Source: Bacteriovoracia bacterium | GTDB taxonomy: Bacteria > Bdellovibrionota > UBA1018 > JBFWNL01 | Assembly: GCA_050251055.1 (NCBI GenBank) | Contig: JBFWNL010000003.1 | Location: forward strand, 192,001 to 256,000 | DNA: 64,000 bases | Reading direction: 5' to 3' | Shown: one piece after another, positions 44,012-53,230 of the stretch | Numbering within the stretch: the stretch's first letter is position 1 | Layout of the letters: every line of letters begins with the position of its first letter | Notes under the pieces: model-generated | The model's input: only the letters and a program-made list of their open reading frames with translations | Database searches by the model: none | Told to the model about the DNA's origin: nothing | Position numbers and translations under genes: made by a program

Positions 44012-46527
44012 AATCCCGACCCTCCCGCCGGCGCATGTCCACCTTCGCCTTCCGACTTGAAACGGTCGAAGCGGCTGATGCGATTACGCGCGCGCTCGTA
44101 ATAGATATCGTCTTGAGGAGCGATGTTCATGGTTTCCGCGTACTTCCGCTTGGCCATCTCGAAATCGCTATAGCTTTCAGCGATGATCGCCTCCGAGTAC
44201 GCGAGCTTCGCGCGCTGGTGGAGCACCCCACGGATCCGCTCCATCCCCTTAAATCCCGTCTGATCCCTGGGATCGATCTTGGTCGCCCGTTCGTAGAGCT
44301 TAAACGCCTGCACTAAATCGCCGCCTTCCTCGGCGGACTTCGCCTGCTCGAGCACGGGATCGAGTAGGGCCTTCAGCGAAGCCAGGCATTCGGCGATGCG
44401 GGACTTTGCGCGCGCGAGCAGCTTGCGGTCAGTGGCTCCCAGATCGTTGATCTGACGGTAGGCGCCCACGGCCGAGAGATATCGTCCTCGCTTCTGGAGC
44501 TTCTGGCCATCCCGATAGATGCGCCAGGCGTTTCCATTGATGGCCTGGCGATCCTTGCGAGCCTGTTCTTCTTGCGCGATTTTCTCCAGATGATCCCGGA
44601 TCACCTGCTCCCACTGGGCCAACTGCTTGTTGTCCGGGTCAAGCTGCAGGATTTCCGGGAATACTGCCTTGGCATCCTCGTACTTCTCGGCCGCCATGAG
44701 CTTTCCAACCGCGTCTACGAGCTCGGCCACGCGCAGCCGGATGCGCTCCTGCTCTTCGCGGCGGCGCTTTTCCTCTTCTTTATCCTGCATCCGCTTCTTG
44801 CCTTCGCGCGCGTAGCGCTCGATGTCGCGCGAATCCTCGTAGTCGTCGACGACCTCGAATATTTTCGCAACTTCATACAGCGCCTTATCGAACTCGCCGT
44901 TCTTGTAGTGATCGAACGCGAGCGTGTGGTGCGATTTTACGAATTCCTTCTTGTCGGGACTGAGCTTATCGAAGGACGGCTTTCCCTTCGCGGCTCCCGG
45001 CGCGGTGGCGGTCTTCGCCGCTGGTTTTGCTGGCGCGGACGGCTCTTCCTCGTAGTCCAGGAGGGAGAACAGGATTACCAGGCCGACGATACCAACGATC
45101 ACGCGCCGACGCGGAGGCATCTCGCGGAACTGCTCGACCAAGCTCTTTCTGCCCTTCGGGGCGCCCAGGCCCGGAATCGGTCCGGCGCCGAAGGCCGCCA
45201 TCGGGTCCGCTCCCATGCCGCCCACGGGCGCGCCGACGATCTCGGGTTGAAAATCCAGCCCCGAGGGAGAAGCGTAGTTCTGCCCCCCGGCCGTGAGCTG
45301 TAGGCCGCCATCGGCGCGGGAAAAGCCGGCGGAAACGCCCGGCGGGCCGTCCTGCTCTTCGGGCTCATCCGGGACGGTCATGAAATCATTTTGTTTCGCC
45401 TGATAGTCCGCGCTCAAAGCTTGGAAATGGCAATACACGTCGCCGACCCGAATCTCGTCATCTCCGGTCAGCTCCTGCTCGGTCACGCGCACGCCGTTTA
45501 CGTACGTGCCGTTGGATGAGCCGAGGTCTTTAATGATGAAACGTATGCCTTCGCGCCGGATCGTGGTGTTCTTGCGCGAGGATTTCTTGTCATTCAAGAC
45601 GATATCGCAGTTCTTGCCGCGGCCCAAGACGACCTCGTCCTGGGTGATCTCGAATTCCCGTACGTTGGCGGCGCCCGGAGCAAAAACCAGTTTGGCGCGC
45701 AGTTTACCCGTGGCGGCGACCCGGGTATTCCCGTCGTTCACGTCGGCGGGCACGAACTCCGTGCCCGTGCGGGCCGCGGGCGTTCCGGCACCCGACATCT
45801 CTCCACCCTCGAGATTCACTTCGAGCGGGGCTTCGCCGCTGGAGGCACCGATGCCCTTGCTGAACTCCTCGAGCGAAAGGGGGCCGTTGCTGGAAGAAGC
45901 CGCCGCCGAGCTTTCCGGCGAGCCATTCAAGTTCGCGAACGGATCGGAGGCGGGCTCTCCGCTCGCGGCTAGATCAGGATCTGGATCGGCGGATGCTTCC
46001 GCAGGGGCGGCGAAATCGCCCGGAGGATCAAGATTCTCCGCCGGGAACTGATTGGACGGGAAGTCTTTCGGCGTCTCGACCGGGGTTCCGAATTCACTGG
46101 CTACGGGCAGGGTCGCTCCGGAAGGCGCGGCCGAGACCGTGGGCAAGTCCATGGGCGGAAGCGGATCGGGCGTCGGGGAAGGCTCCGCCAAGGAACGCGT
46201 ACCGGCCCGCGGCGAAACGTTGCCTTCCTGAATCGCGGCGGCAACCTGAATGAGGAAGGGGCCGATATTGATAACGTCGCCACCCTTGAGCACGGCCTTC
46301 GTGCATTCCAGCCCATTCACCGACAGCGGCGCAAAGCCGCTTTTCTTTTCGACCTGGATGCCGCCTTCGGAGGGGCGGACGACGGCGTGCTGGCGCGAAA
46401 CCATGCGGTGATCCAGCCGGATCACGCAGCCGGCATCCCGCCCGATCGCTAATTCGCGATCGACCGGAATTTCCTGGATCATTTCGCCGTCCCGCAGGAC
46501 GGTCAGCTTCGCGGCTCCCATCCTCAC
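44008..46527 (-). CDS. FHA-FHA-TM-TPR membrane protein
   Basis: Two FHA domains (IGRDAGC..SRQH; LGRGKNC..SSNGT) separated by a Pro-rich linker, one TM, C-terminal TPR-like helices. Confidence 0.88.
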   Translation of the reverse strand: MRMGAAKLTVLRDGEMIQEIPVDRELAIGRDAGCVIRLDHRMVSRQHAVVRPSEGGIQVEKKSGFAPLSVNGLECTKAVLKGGDVINIGPFLIQVAAAIQEGNVSPRAGTRSLAEPSPTPDPLPPMDLPTVSAAPSGATLPVASEFGTPVETPKDFPSNQFPAENLDPPGDFAAPAEASADPDPDLAASGEPASDPFANLNGSPESSAAASSSNGPLSLEEFSKGIGASSGEAPLEVNLEGGEMSGAGTPAARTGTEFVPADVNDGNTRVAATGKLRAKLVFAPGAANVREFEITQDEVVLGRGKNCDIVLNDKKSSRKNTTIRREGIRFIIKDLGSSNGTYVNGVRVTEQELTGDDEIRVGDVYCHFQALSADYQAKQNDFMTVPDEPEEQDGPPGVSAGFSRADGGLQLTAGGQNYASPSGLDFQPEIVGAPVGGMGADPMAAFGAGPIPGLGAPKGRKSLVEQFREMPPRRRVIVGIVGLVILFSLLDYEEEPSAPAKPAAKTATAPGAAKGKPSFDKLSPDKKEFVKSHHTLAFDHYKNGEFDKALYEVAKIFEVVDDYEDSRDIERYAREGKKRMQDKEEEKRRREEQERIRLRVAELVDAVGKLMAAEKYEDAKAVFPEILQLDPDNKQLAQWEQVIRDHLEKIAQEEQARKDRQAINGNAWRIYRDGQKLQKRGRYLSAVGAYRQINDLGATDRKLLARAKSRIAECLASLKALLDPVLEQAKSAEEGGDLVQAFKLYERATKIDPRDQTGFKGMERIRGVLHQRAKLAYSEAIIAESYSDFEMAKRKYAETMNIAPQDDIYYERARNRISRFDRFKSEGEGGHAPAGGSGL

Positions 46528-47528
46528 GTATCTCCCTTGATGGCCTTACTGACCTTCACGAGTTGGTCCTTGGCCTCGATGTAATACGGGCTCGCCTGGT
46601 CGCGATAAAGCAAACGCAAGATAGCTTCGTAATGCCCCTTGGACTCGCGAAGTTTTCCCGACTCGTAACCCTTTAGACCGCGATCCAGATGGAATTTCAC
46701 TTCCTCTTGAATGGCCTTGTCGCAGTTTTGCAGGTAAAGATTGGAAAGCTTGTGGCCGGGGCTGACTTGCAGCGCGGTTTCGAACTGCACCTTGGCCCGC
46801 AAGTAATTTCCCGCCTGATACTCCTTGAACCCAGCCTTAAAGAACATCGTCGCCGTCTTGTTGACTTCGGGCGAATCGTCGGGCGGAAGGAGCGAGGCTA
46901 AGTCGCGGGCTTCCACCGAGGTCGTGCGTTTCTTGCGCTTCTGGACCTGTTCGCCTTCCGTTCCCACCAGGAAATAAAGGAGCGCGCCCAAAGCGCCGTA
47001 AATCAGCAACCGCCGCTGGCCGGCGGGATTCAAGTTTGGCCGGGCCACCGCCGCCTTCATCGCCTCGCCGCCGCCAAAACTCGTCATCGCGCGGATGCGT
47101 TGGCGATGAGCATCGAGCGCCGCCTGATCCGCTTTCATCTGGGCGGGACTCTTCGCCGGAGCCTTGAGCATGAGAGTGTTGGAATCGCTGGCCGCCATGA
47201 ATTCCAGCACGGTCTCGCCGATGGTCACGGTGTTACCGGTGCGCACATCGGCGATCTTAGCCTCGTTTCCGTTGAGCAGGATCCCGTTCGCGCTGCCGAG
47301 ATCACGTACTTTCCAACCGCCTGGGACGGCGATGAACTCTGCGTGTTGCCGGGAGGACTTTAAATCCGAGATCATCACGTCGCAGGTCTCACCCCGCCCG
47401 ACCGTCGCCCGCGCACCGGTGACGACGAAAATCGCGCCGTAGTCAGGCCCCTGAATGACCTTAAGCCGCATCAACTCGCCGGGCTGGCGGGGAAGGCTGT
47501 TTTGTCGGAAGCGCGTGGCGTTTGGCAT
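46524..47528 (-). CDS. FHA-TM-TPR membrane protein
   Basis: VGRGETCD..SRQH..SANG; TM LLIYGALGALLYFLV; TPR-like FKAGFKEYQAGNYLRA. Confidence 0.88.
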   Translation of the reverse strand: MPNATRFRQNSLPRQPGELMRLKVIQGPDYGAIFVVTGARATVGRGETCDVMISDLKSSRQHAEFIAVPGGWKVRDLGSANGILLNGNEAKIADVRTGNTVTIGETVLEFMAASDSNTLMLKAPAKSPAQMKADQAALDAHRQRIRAMTSFGGGEAMKAAVARPNLNPAGQRRLLIYGALGALLYFLVGTEGEQVQKRKKRTTSVEARDLASLLPPDDSPEVNKTATMFFKAGFKEYQAGNYLRAKVQFETALQVSPGHKLSNLYLQNCDKAIQEEVKFHLDRGLKGYESGKLRESKGHYEAILRLLYRDQASPYYIEAKDQLVKVSKAIKGDT

Positions 47529-47532
47529 ATCC

Positions 47533-49191
47533 CTACGCTTCCTCCTCTGCCCGGATGACGGAGAACACGAATCCTGCCGGCGTGCCCATGCCCACGGCGA
47601 CGCCCGAAACCTTGTAATTGATACCGGCCATCTCGGTCTCTTCGGTGATGGTCAGGCCGACCGAAGCCGAGGCTTGGCCAAGCATGTCCTCGAACAGGAC
47701 GCCAAGCGCCTGGTCGCGCGCGACGCTCGTGATGGGCTGCCCCACGGCTTCGTGCGAATGTATACCGCTCAACTCCTCGAAAAACGGGTTGATATACGCG
47801 ATGGCTTTGTCCCGATCGAAGACCACGACGCCACTTCGGGCGGAGGCTCCCAGGACCTTGAGTCCTTCCAAGTAGGCCTCTAGGCTCGCGGCGGCCGCGC
47901 CACCGCCGCCGCCCGCGCCGTCCGAACCCGTGCCCAATTCATGGGGAACTCGTTGAAGCGCGGAGTTGATGACATCCCAGAGCTGGTTCAGCTCCGAGCG
48001 CTTGAATTCACGCGTCACCTGACTCATATCGCCCTTCAATACTTTGTCGATATCGTCGTTGAGGATCTCGAGCGGCTTCAACGTCAGGCGGTAAACCGCG
48101 AAGAAAATCAGCGCTCCTACCGCCAGTAGGGCGATCAGCGTCTTGGAATAAATCATGCCCACGTCCCCGCCGGATGGGGTGGACAACGTGGTGTCGATCG
48201 AGACTACCGCCATGGCCACGATGGCGTTGCGGCCGGTCTGCGGATCCAACACCTTCAGCGGCTCCACCGCCACCACGGTTTCGTCGTCCGCGCGGACCAC
48301 GTAGCCCGACTCGGCTCCCCCCGCAGTATAGCGCTTGGCGGCTTTCGCCGCGACCACGCCCTCGGGCGCCGCCGTAAGATACTGATTGAGTTTTTTCGAG
48401 GGCGCCAGGATGCGGTTGCGCAGGTCGATCAACACGGCCTCTCGCACCCCGTCTTCATTCTCGAGGTTTCCGATAATTGTTTTGGTTTCCGCATTGGCCG
48501 CGATGTAGGCGGAGTTTTTCTCCACGATCTCGCGCGCCAAGGCCGCCGCGCGCTTACCGGTTTCCTTCACGACCGCGACCTCGTTCAGCTCAAGCAGCGG
48601 ATACACGGAAATAAATAGATTAAGAAATGCGAAGGCCGTGAAGAGGGAGATGCAGATCACCCGCCACTCGTGCCGCAGATTCAGGCCGTAAAACACCGGC
48701 ATCACGAATTTTTCGAAATACCAACCCGCCTTGCCCAGGGGATCGGTCGGAATCCCCTGACCCATGCCCTCGAAGCCGCTGCCCAGTCCGACGCCGCCCG
48801 CGTTCGGAGGCGCCGAAGCGGGGCCACCCGAGGTTTTCTGCGAGGGAAACTGAATCACGTTGCCGAAGTCGGCGATCGCGGGTGCCTGCAAAGAATTCTT
48901 CACGACCGGCGTGCGGATCTCCATGACGTACTCGCCGACGCTGATCTTGTCACCGGAAGCGATTTTCTTTACCTTGGTGAGGATGCCGTTGACGAAAGTG
49001 CCGTTGGAGCTGCCCTCATCGCGCACGGTGATCTCGCCGTTATCGACGACGAGCACGCAATGGGTTTTGGAAACACGCTGGGATGGCAACACAATCACGT
49101 TGCCGTCTTGACGGCCGATCGAGTTCCTGCCCTTTTGAAGGACGTAACTCGTTCCGCGATTTGGTCCTGACACGACGGTCAGTTTATACAT
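47533..49191 (-). CDS. FHA-TM-periplasmic-TM-HAMP-PAS protein without output domain
   Basis: IGRQDGN..SKTH..SSNGT; two TMs; HAMP-like LKPLEILN..SELNQL; PAS-like GVVVFDRDKAIAYINPFFEELSG. Confidence 0.8.
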   Translation of the reverse strand: MYKLTVVSGPNRGTSYVLQKGRNSIGRQDGNVIVLPSQRVSKTHCVLVVDNGEITVRDEGSSNGTFVNGILTKVKKIASGDKISVGEYVMEIRTPVVKNSLQAPAIADFGNVIQFPSQKTSGGPASAPPNAGGVGLGSGFEGMGQGIPTDPLGKAGWYFEKFVMPVFYGLNLRHEWRVICISLFTAFAFLNLFISVYPLLELNEVAVVKETGKRAAALAREIVEKNSAYIAANAETKTIIGNLENEDGVREAVLIDLRNRILAPSKKLNQYLTAAPEGVVAAKAAKRYTAGGAESGYVVRADDETVVAVEPLKVLDPQTGRNAIVAMAVVSIDTTLSTPSGGDVGMIYSKTLIALLAVGALIFFAVYRLTLKPLEILNDDIDKVLKGDMSQVTREFKRSELNQLWDVINSALQRVPHELGTGSDGAGGGGGAAAASLEAYLEGLKVLGASARSGVVVFDRDKAIAYINPFFEELSGIHSHEAVGQPITSVARDQALGVLFEDMLGQASASVGLTITEETEMAGINYKVSGVAVGMGTPAGFVFSVIRAEEEA

Positions 49192-49604
49192 ACTTCATCC
49201 CCCGCGCTGACTCCGCAGCGCTGGATCGTTCCCAATGGCAACTCGAGCGTCTCCGTCGCCCGGAAGTCCGCCACCGGGAGCAATTTCCACGGACGCACGT
49301 TCTCGCGCACCGAGGAAACTTCCCAGCGGTCTCCCGCCCGGCGAATAAACACGACGTCGATCGGCATCCGCATGAACCACATGTGGATGTTGTTGCAACG
49401 AGGGAAGAACATGCCTTCCCCCGCATTCAACGTCGCGCGACCGATGAGCCCCACTAGGCGCTCCAGAAAACGCTCGGCCACGATACACTTTTCGGCTAGA
49501 ACGGCTTTGTTTTTGAGGGTTTGGATGGTGACGCGGCGAGATTTGTCGCGGGCGCGGACGGCGCCGGCTGAGTTTTGACGGTCGATACCGCTCATTTCCG
49601 CCAT
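49179..49604 (-). CDS. DUF192 family protein
   Basis: VAERFLERLVGLIGR, IHMWFMRMPIDVVF, TLELPLG. Confidence 0.88.
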   Translation of the reverse strand: MAEMSGIDRQNSAGAVRARDKSRRVTIQTLKNKAVLAEKCIVAERFLERLVGLIGRATLNAGEGMFFPRCNNIHMWFMRMPIDVVFIRRAGDRWEVSSVRENVRPWKLLPVADFRATETLELPLGTIQRCGVSAGDEVCIN

Positions 49605-49632
49605 AAACTTGACGTCTCCCCTGTCCGCGCGT

Positions 49633-50571
49633 TTAAAACGGCGAACCCTCGCCGCTCATGAACTGCAGGATCACCGGCCCCAGGATCATCGCGACCACCG
49701 AGGGCATCACGAAAATGACGGTGGCGATGATGAGCTTCGGTCCGGCGGCCGCGCCCGCCTTCTCCGCGCGGGTGAACCGCTCGTTACGAATCTGTTCCGA
49801 CTGCTGGCGCAGGGTGCGCCCGATCGACGCGCCCATCTGATCCGCCGAAACCAAGATTGCGACGAAGGAGTTCACCTCCGACATGTCGATTCGAATCGCC
49901 ATTTCCCGCATAGCCTCACCGCGCGAGGAACCGACTTTGATCTCTTTTAAAAGCTGCTCGAATTCTTCTACCAGCGGACTGGGCGCGGCCTTTTCGACGA
50001 CCTTGCCGATAGCGCCGATAAAATCCAGACCCGCCTCGGTCGAGAGCGCGAGGAGATCCACGATGAACGGCATCGCGTTGCGGATCTTCTTCTGTCGCTG
50101 CTCGATGCGGCTTTTGATCCAGATATCCGGGTAAAACCAGCCAAAAATCGCGGAAAGCACCGAATAGTACCAATCCACCTCGGTCTCGCCCACGTAGCGC
50201 ACCAAAAGCAGGATGACCGGAAAGAAGCCGATCAGGAACATCTTGAACGCGATGAACTCGTCGGCCGTAAGCTCGTTCTTCAGGCCCGCCGTCACGAGCT
50301 TGCGGCGATAGTGCTTGCGCTTCACATCCCAGAACGCCTTACCCCGGATGATGGGCACGAGGTACTGGGAAAAGAACGGGCGCGTGAGCGCCACGAGGGG
50401 ATTGGAGGCCTTGCGGTTCCGGTTTTCCTCGAGGTTTTCCTCCGCCGCCCGCGCCTCCTGCTCTTTTAGAAGCAGATACGAGACGTAGAACACCCCCACG
50501 CCGATGAGCGCATAAGCCGCATAGATTACGAGACTGCCACCACCGATCAGTGAATACATAATCCTACCCAC
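49633..50571 (-). CDS. tadC: Tad pilus platform protein TadC (start 50559 or 50571)
   Basis: MPFIVDLLALSTEAGLDF, GSSRGEAM, ADQMGASI, RAEKAG. Confidence 0.9.
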   Translation of the reverse strand: MGRIMYSLIGGGSLVIYAAYALIGVGVFYVSYLLLKEQEARAAEENLEENRNRKASNPLVALTRPFFSQYLVPIIRGKAFWDVKRKHYRRKLVTAGLKNELTADEFIAFKMFLIGFFPVILLLVRYVGETEVDWYYSVLSAIFGWFYPDIWIKSRIEQRQKKIRNAMPFIVDLLALSTEAGLDFIGAIGKVVEKAAPSPLVEEFEQLLKEIKVGSSRGEAMREMAIRIDMSEVNSFVAILVSADQMGASIGRTLRQQSEQIRNERFTRAEKAGAAAGPKLIIATVIFVMPSVVAMILGPVILQFMSGEGSPF

Positions 50572-50575
50572 TAAG

Positions 50576-50626
50576 TTATCGGTAAAAACATAAGACTAAT
50601 TGAGGACCTAGAAGAACTGCCGATAA
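50576..50626. promoter_or_regulatory. Back-to-back putative sigma-28 (FliA)-type promoters
   Basis: Minus strand TCAAT-N15-ACCGATAA toward tadC; plus strand TTGAG-N14-GCCGATAA toward yihY. Confidence 0.5.
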
Positions 50627-50648
50627 GCTGGTATAGGCCTATTTTAGC

Positions 50649-51488
50649 ATGAAATTGACGAAGCGTTTGGAAGTGCCGACGTTTAAAGCGGCCTGGAAAG
50701 GCCTCCTGGGTGTCACCCGCGACACACTCAAACTCGTGTCGGAATCCCGTTTATTAATGGTGGCTTCCGCCCTCGCCTATACGACCATCCTCTCGATCGT
50801 CCCCCTTTTGGCGGTGAGCTTTACGATCTTCCGGGCGTTCGGGGGTTTGGAAAACCTTTTCCACAACATCGAGCCCATCATCCTAGAAAACCTGGCTGAA
50901 GGCACCGCCGAGGAGGCCGCCGGGAATTTTCGCTCCTTCATCACGAACGTGCACACCGGCGCCGTGGGCATCAGCGGCTTCATCATGCTCGTGTTCACCA
51001 GCATGAGCCTGCTCTCGAACATCGAAAAGGCCATCAACGGCGTTTGGGGCCTCACTGTAAAGAAGACGTGGTTTCAGCGCATCGCGGGCTATTGGCTTTT
51101 CATTACCTTGGGCCCCTTGGGCCTCGCCTTCGCCGTCGGCGCGGTTACGTCCTCCGGGGAGCAGATCGGCGCGCTCATCCCCAAGGGAACCTTCAGCTAC
51201 ATCCTCGTCGTGGGCATCTTCTTCGCCCTGTATAAATGGGTCCCGCAACGGATCGTGCGCTGGCGACCCGCCCTCATCGCCGGGATATTCACGGCCACCC
51301 TGATGGCCCTTGCGAAAATGGGCTATTCCCTCTATACCCAAAAAGTCATCAGTTATAGCAAGATCTACGGTAGTTTAGGCGCCGTCCCGATCGTTCTGTT
51401 GTGGATCTACATCTCCTGGGCGGTGATTTTATCGGGCGCCGCCCTCAGTGTTTCTTTGCAAAAACGTATCGAACGGATGTCAGCATGA
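50649..51488 (+). CDS. YihY/BrkB family membrane protein
   Basis: ASALAYTTILSIVPLL, IEKAINGVW, IYGSLGAVPIVLLWIYISW. Confidence 0.92.
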   Translation: MKLTKRLEVPTFKAAWKGLLGVTRDTLKLVSESRLLMVASALAYTTILSIVPLLAVSFTIFRAFGGLENLFHNIEPIILENLAEGTAEEAAGNFRSFITNVHTGAVGISGFIMLVFTSMSLLSNIEKAINGVWGLTVKKTWFQRIAGYWLFITLGPLGLAFAVGAVTSSGEQIGALIPKGTFSYILVVGIFFALYKWVPQRIVRWRPALIAGIFTATLMALAKMGYSLYTQKVISYSKIYGSLGAVPIVLLWIYISWAVILSGAALSVSLQKRIERMSA

Positions 51489-52303
51489 AATCAAAAGACA
51501 CGATCGGATTCCGCAATCTCGCAACTCTAATCGCGCTCGCCGTTTCCGCCGCCGGCGCGACCCCGGCCTCCGCGGCCAATGCCGCGAATCCGGCGAAAGT
51601 AACGAAGTCCGCCGCCGCCGCCCCGGCCGCCAAGCCCGCCGCCGGCCAGGTGATCTGGAACAACTGGTACACCGTCACCCTGAACGGCAAGACTCCTTAC
51701 GCCTACTATAATGAACGCCTCAGCATCAAAGATGGCAAGCTTCACTACCAGAATGACGTTTGGAAGAAGGAAGAGGACTTCATCAACCGCGAGTCCTTCG
51801 GCGGGTTCGCCGAGAACAACTCCACCTACACCCCCATCTTTTATAACTTTTTCTCCACGTACCGCACGAGCGAAACCAAGATCGATGGCACCGTGGGCGC
51901 CGACAATGTACTGAGCCTGAAGATCCGCAAGGACGGCAAGGATCTCCCGGTGGTAAAGAAGCACCTTCCCAAGGGAGTTTTCTTCTCGACGTACTTCCCG
52001 CTCTGGCTTCGCGATAACGTAGCGGACATGAAACCCGGTCAACCCCGATCTTTTTCTACGATCCTTGAAGACAGCATCGATACGGGCTTCAAGGTGGAGT
52101 CCGGCCACGCGCGCGTGGAAGCGCCGGATGAGTTCGCCAAGAAAACGGGTACCAAGCGCGTTGCCGTGCAGTATCGGGACATGCCTTCGATCTGGTGGAC
52201 GGACGATAAAGGCAACTACGTGCGCATGGAGATGGGTCGTGGAGTGAGTGCCGCCGAGCTCGTGCCCGAAGCCAAAGCCAAAAAATTTCTCGACACCAAG
52301 TAG
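51485..52303 (+). CDS. Secreted beta-rich hypothetical protein
   Basis: ATGA overlap with yihY; signal peptide and Ala/Pro linker followed by an aromatic, beta-strand-rich domain. Confidence 0.75.
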   Translation: MKSKDTIGFRNLATLIALAVSAAGATPASAANAANPAKVTKSAAAAPAAKPAAGQVIWNNWYTVTLNGKTPYAYYNERLSIKDGKLHYQNDVWKKEEDFINRESFGGFAENNSTYTPIFYNFFSTYRTSETKIDGTVGADNVLSLKIRKDGKDLPVVKKHLPKGVFFSTYFPLWLRDNVADMKPGQPRSFSTILEDSIDTGFKVESGHARVEAPDEFAKKTGTKRVAVQYRDMPSIWWTDDKGNYVRMEMGRGVSAAELVPEAKAKKFLDTK

Positions 52304-52315
52304 TCCCAATCTTCC

Positions 52316-53230
52316 ATGTGGCTCGCGCGCTCCCTCACCTTTCTGCTCGCGATCCTGCTGGTTTTCTTCCTTTCCCGCACGCTCGTGCGTTGGCTGCCCG
52401 GCGACCCCCTGGAAACCCTCATGGCCGAAACCGGCACGAGCTGGGATCCCGACCTACTAAAAAAAGAATTTCACCTCGACCGTCCCTGGAGCGAGTCGCT
52501 GTGGCTGGATCTGAAGCGGGCCGCGCGGGGAGACTTCGGCCGCTCGTTGCTGAGCCGTGAGGCGGTGGGCCCGCTCGTCCAGCGGCGCTTGGCGAACACG
52601 CTCGTTTTGGCCGGGACGGCGCTAGCGCTGACGCTCGTTTTTAGCCTGAGCTTAGCCCTACTTTCGCAGTCGGAGTCTTTCCCATTCCGGCGCCAAGCCG
52701 ATTGGCTTTGCTCGACATACGGAGGCCTCTCCGCCGCGCTACCGCTTCCCTGGCTGGGCCCCATGATCACCTACCTGCTCGCGGTGAAGTTCCCGATCTT
52801 CGATCTGGGTGAGTCCGTGGCGCTACCCGCACTCTCCATCGCGCTCGTGATGGCGGGCTTTTGGGCGCGCTTCATCCGTGCGCGCATTCGCGAATCCCTG
52901 CGCACACCCTACGCGATGAACGCGCGCGCGCGCGGCCTCCCGGAGCTGAATGTGCTCTTGAAGTACGGCCTCTTCCCCGTCAGCGGAGCGCTCGTGGGGT
53001 TCCTCGGCACCCAGGCGGGCCAGCTGCTCACGGGCAGCGTGGTTGCGGAAATCATCTTCGATCGCCCGGGCATGGGATCGCTCCTGGTAGAGTCCGTGCT
53101 CAAGCGCGACTACCCCATCGTGGAAGCCGCCGCGTTCGCGGGCGGAGTATTCTGCCTGCTCGGCAACTGGCTCGGAACCTTTGCCCAGACGCGCGTACTG
53201 AGGCGCGCGGCGGGCGAGGAGGCGGCATGA
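52316..53230 (+). CDS. Peptide/nickel ABC transporter permease (OppB/DppB-like)
   Basis: LPGDP, GDFGRSL, EAA-like YAMNARARGL, EIIFDRPGMG, RDYPIV. Confidence 0.9.
   Translation: MWLARSLTFLLAILLVFFLSRTLVRWLPGDPLETLMAETGTSWDPDLLKKEFHLDRPWSESLWLDLKRAARGDFGRSLLSREAVGPLVQRRLANTLVLAGTALALTLVFSLSLALLSQSESFPFRRQADWLCSTYGGLSAALPLPWLGPMITYLLAVKFPIFDLGESVALPALSIALVMAGFWARFIRARIRESLRTPYAMNARARGLPELNVLLKYGLFPVSGALVGFLGTQAGQLLTGSVVAEIIFDRPGMGSLLVESVLKRDYPIVEAAAFAGGVFCLLGNWLGTFAQTRVLRRAAGEEAA

Noticed and set aside
43256-49191. Type VI or type III secretion locus suggested by FHA, PP2C and RHS genes
   Set aside because: No TssB/C/J/K/L/M, Hcp, VgrG, ClpV or Sct genes; flanking structural genes are all Tad.
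52861-53226. N-terminal extension of the 387-aa ORF, and similar extensions at 16710, 22501, 51401 and 59374
   Set aside because: They overlap neighbouring genes or promoters; downstream ATGs with coupling or an RBS fit better.
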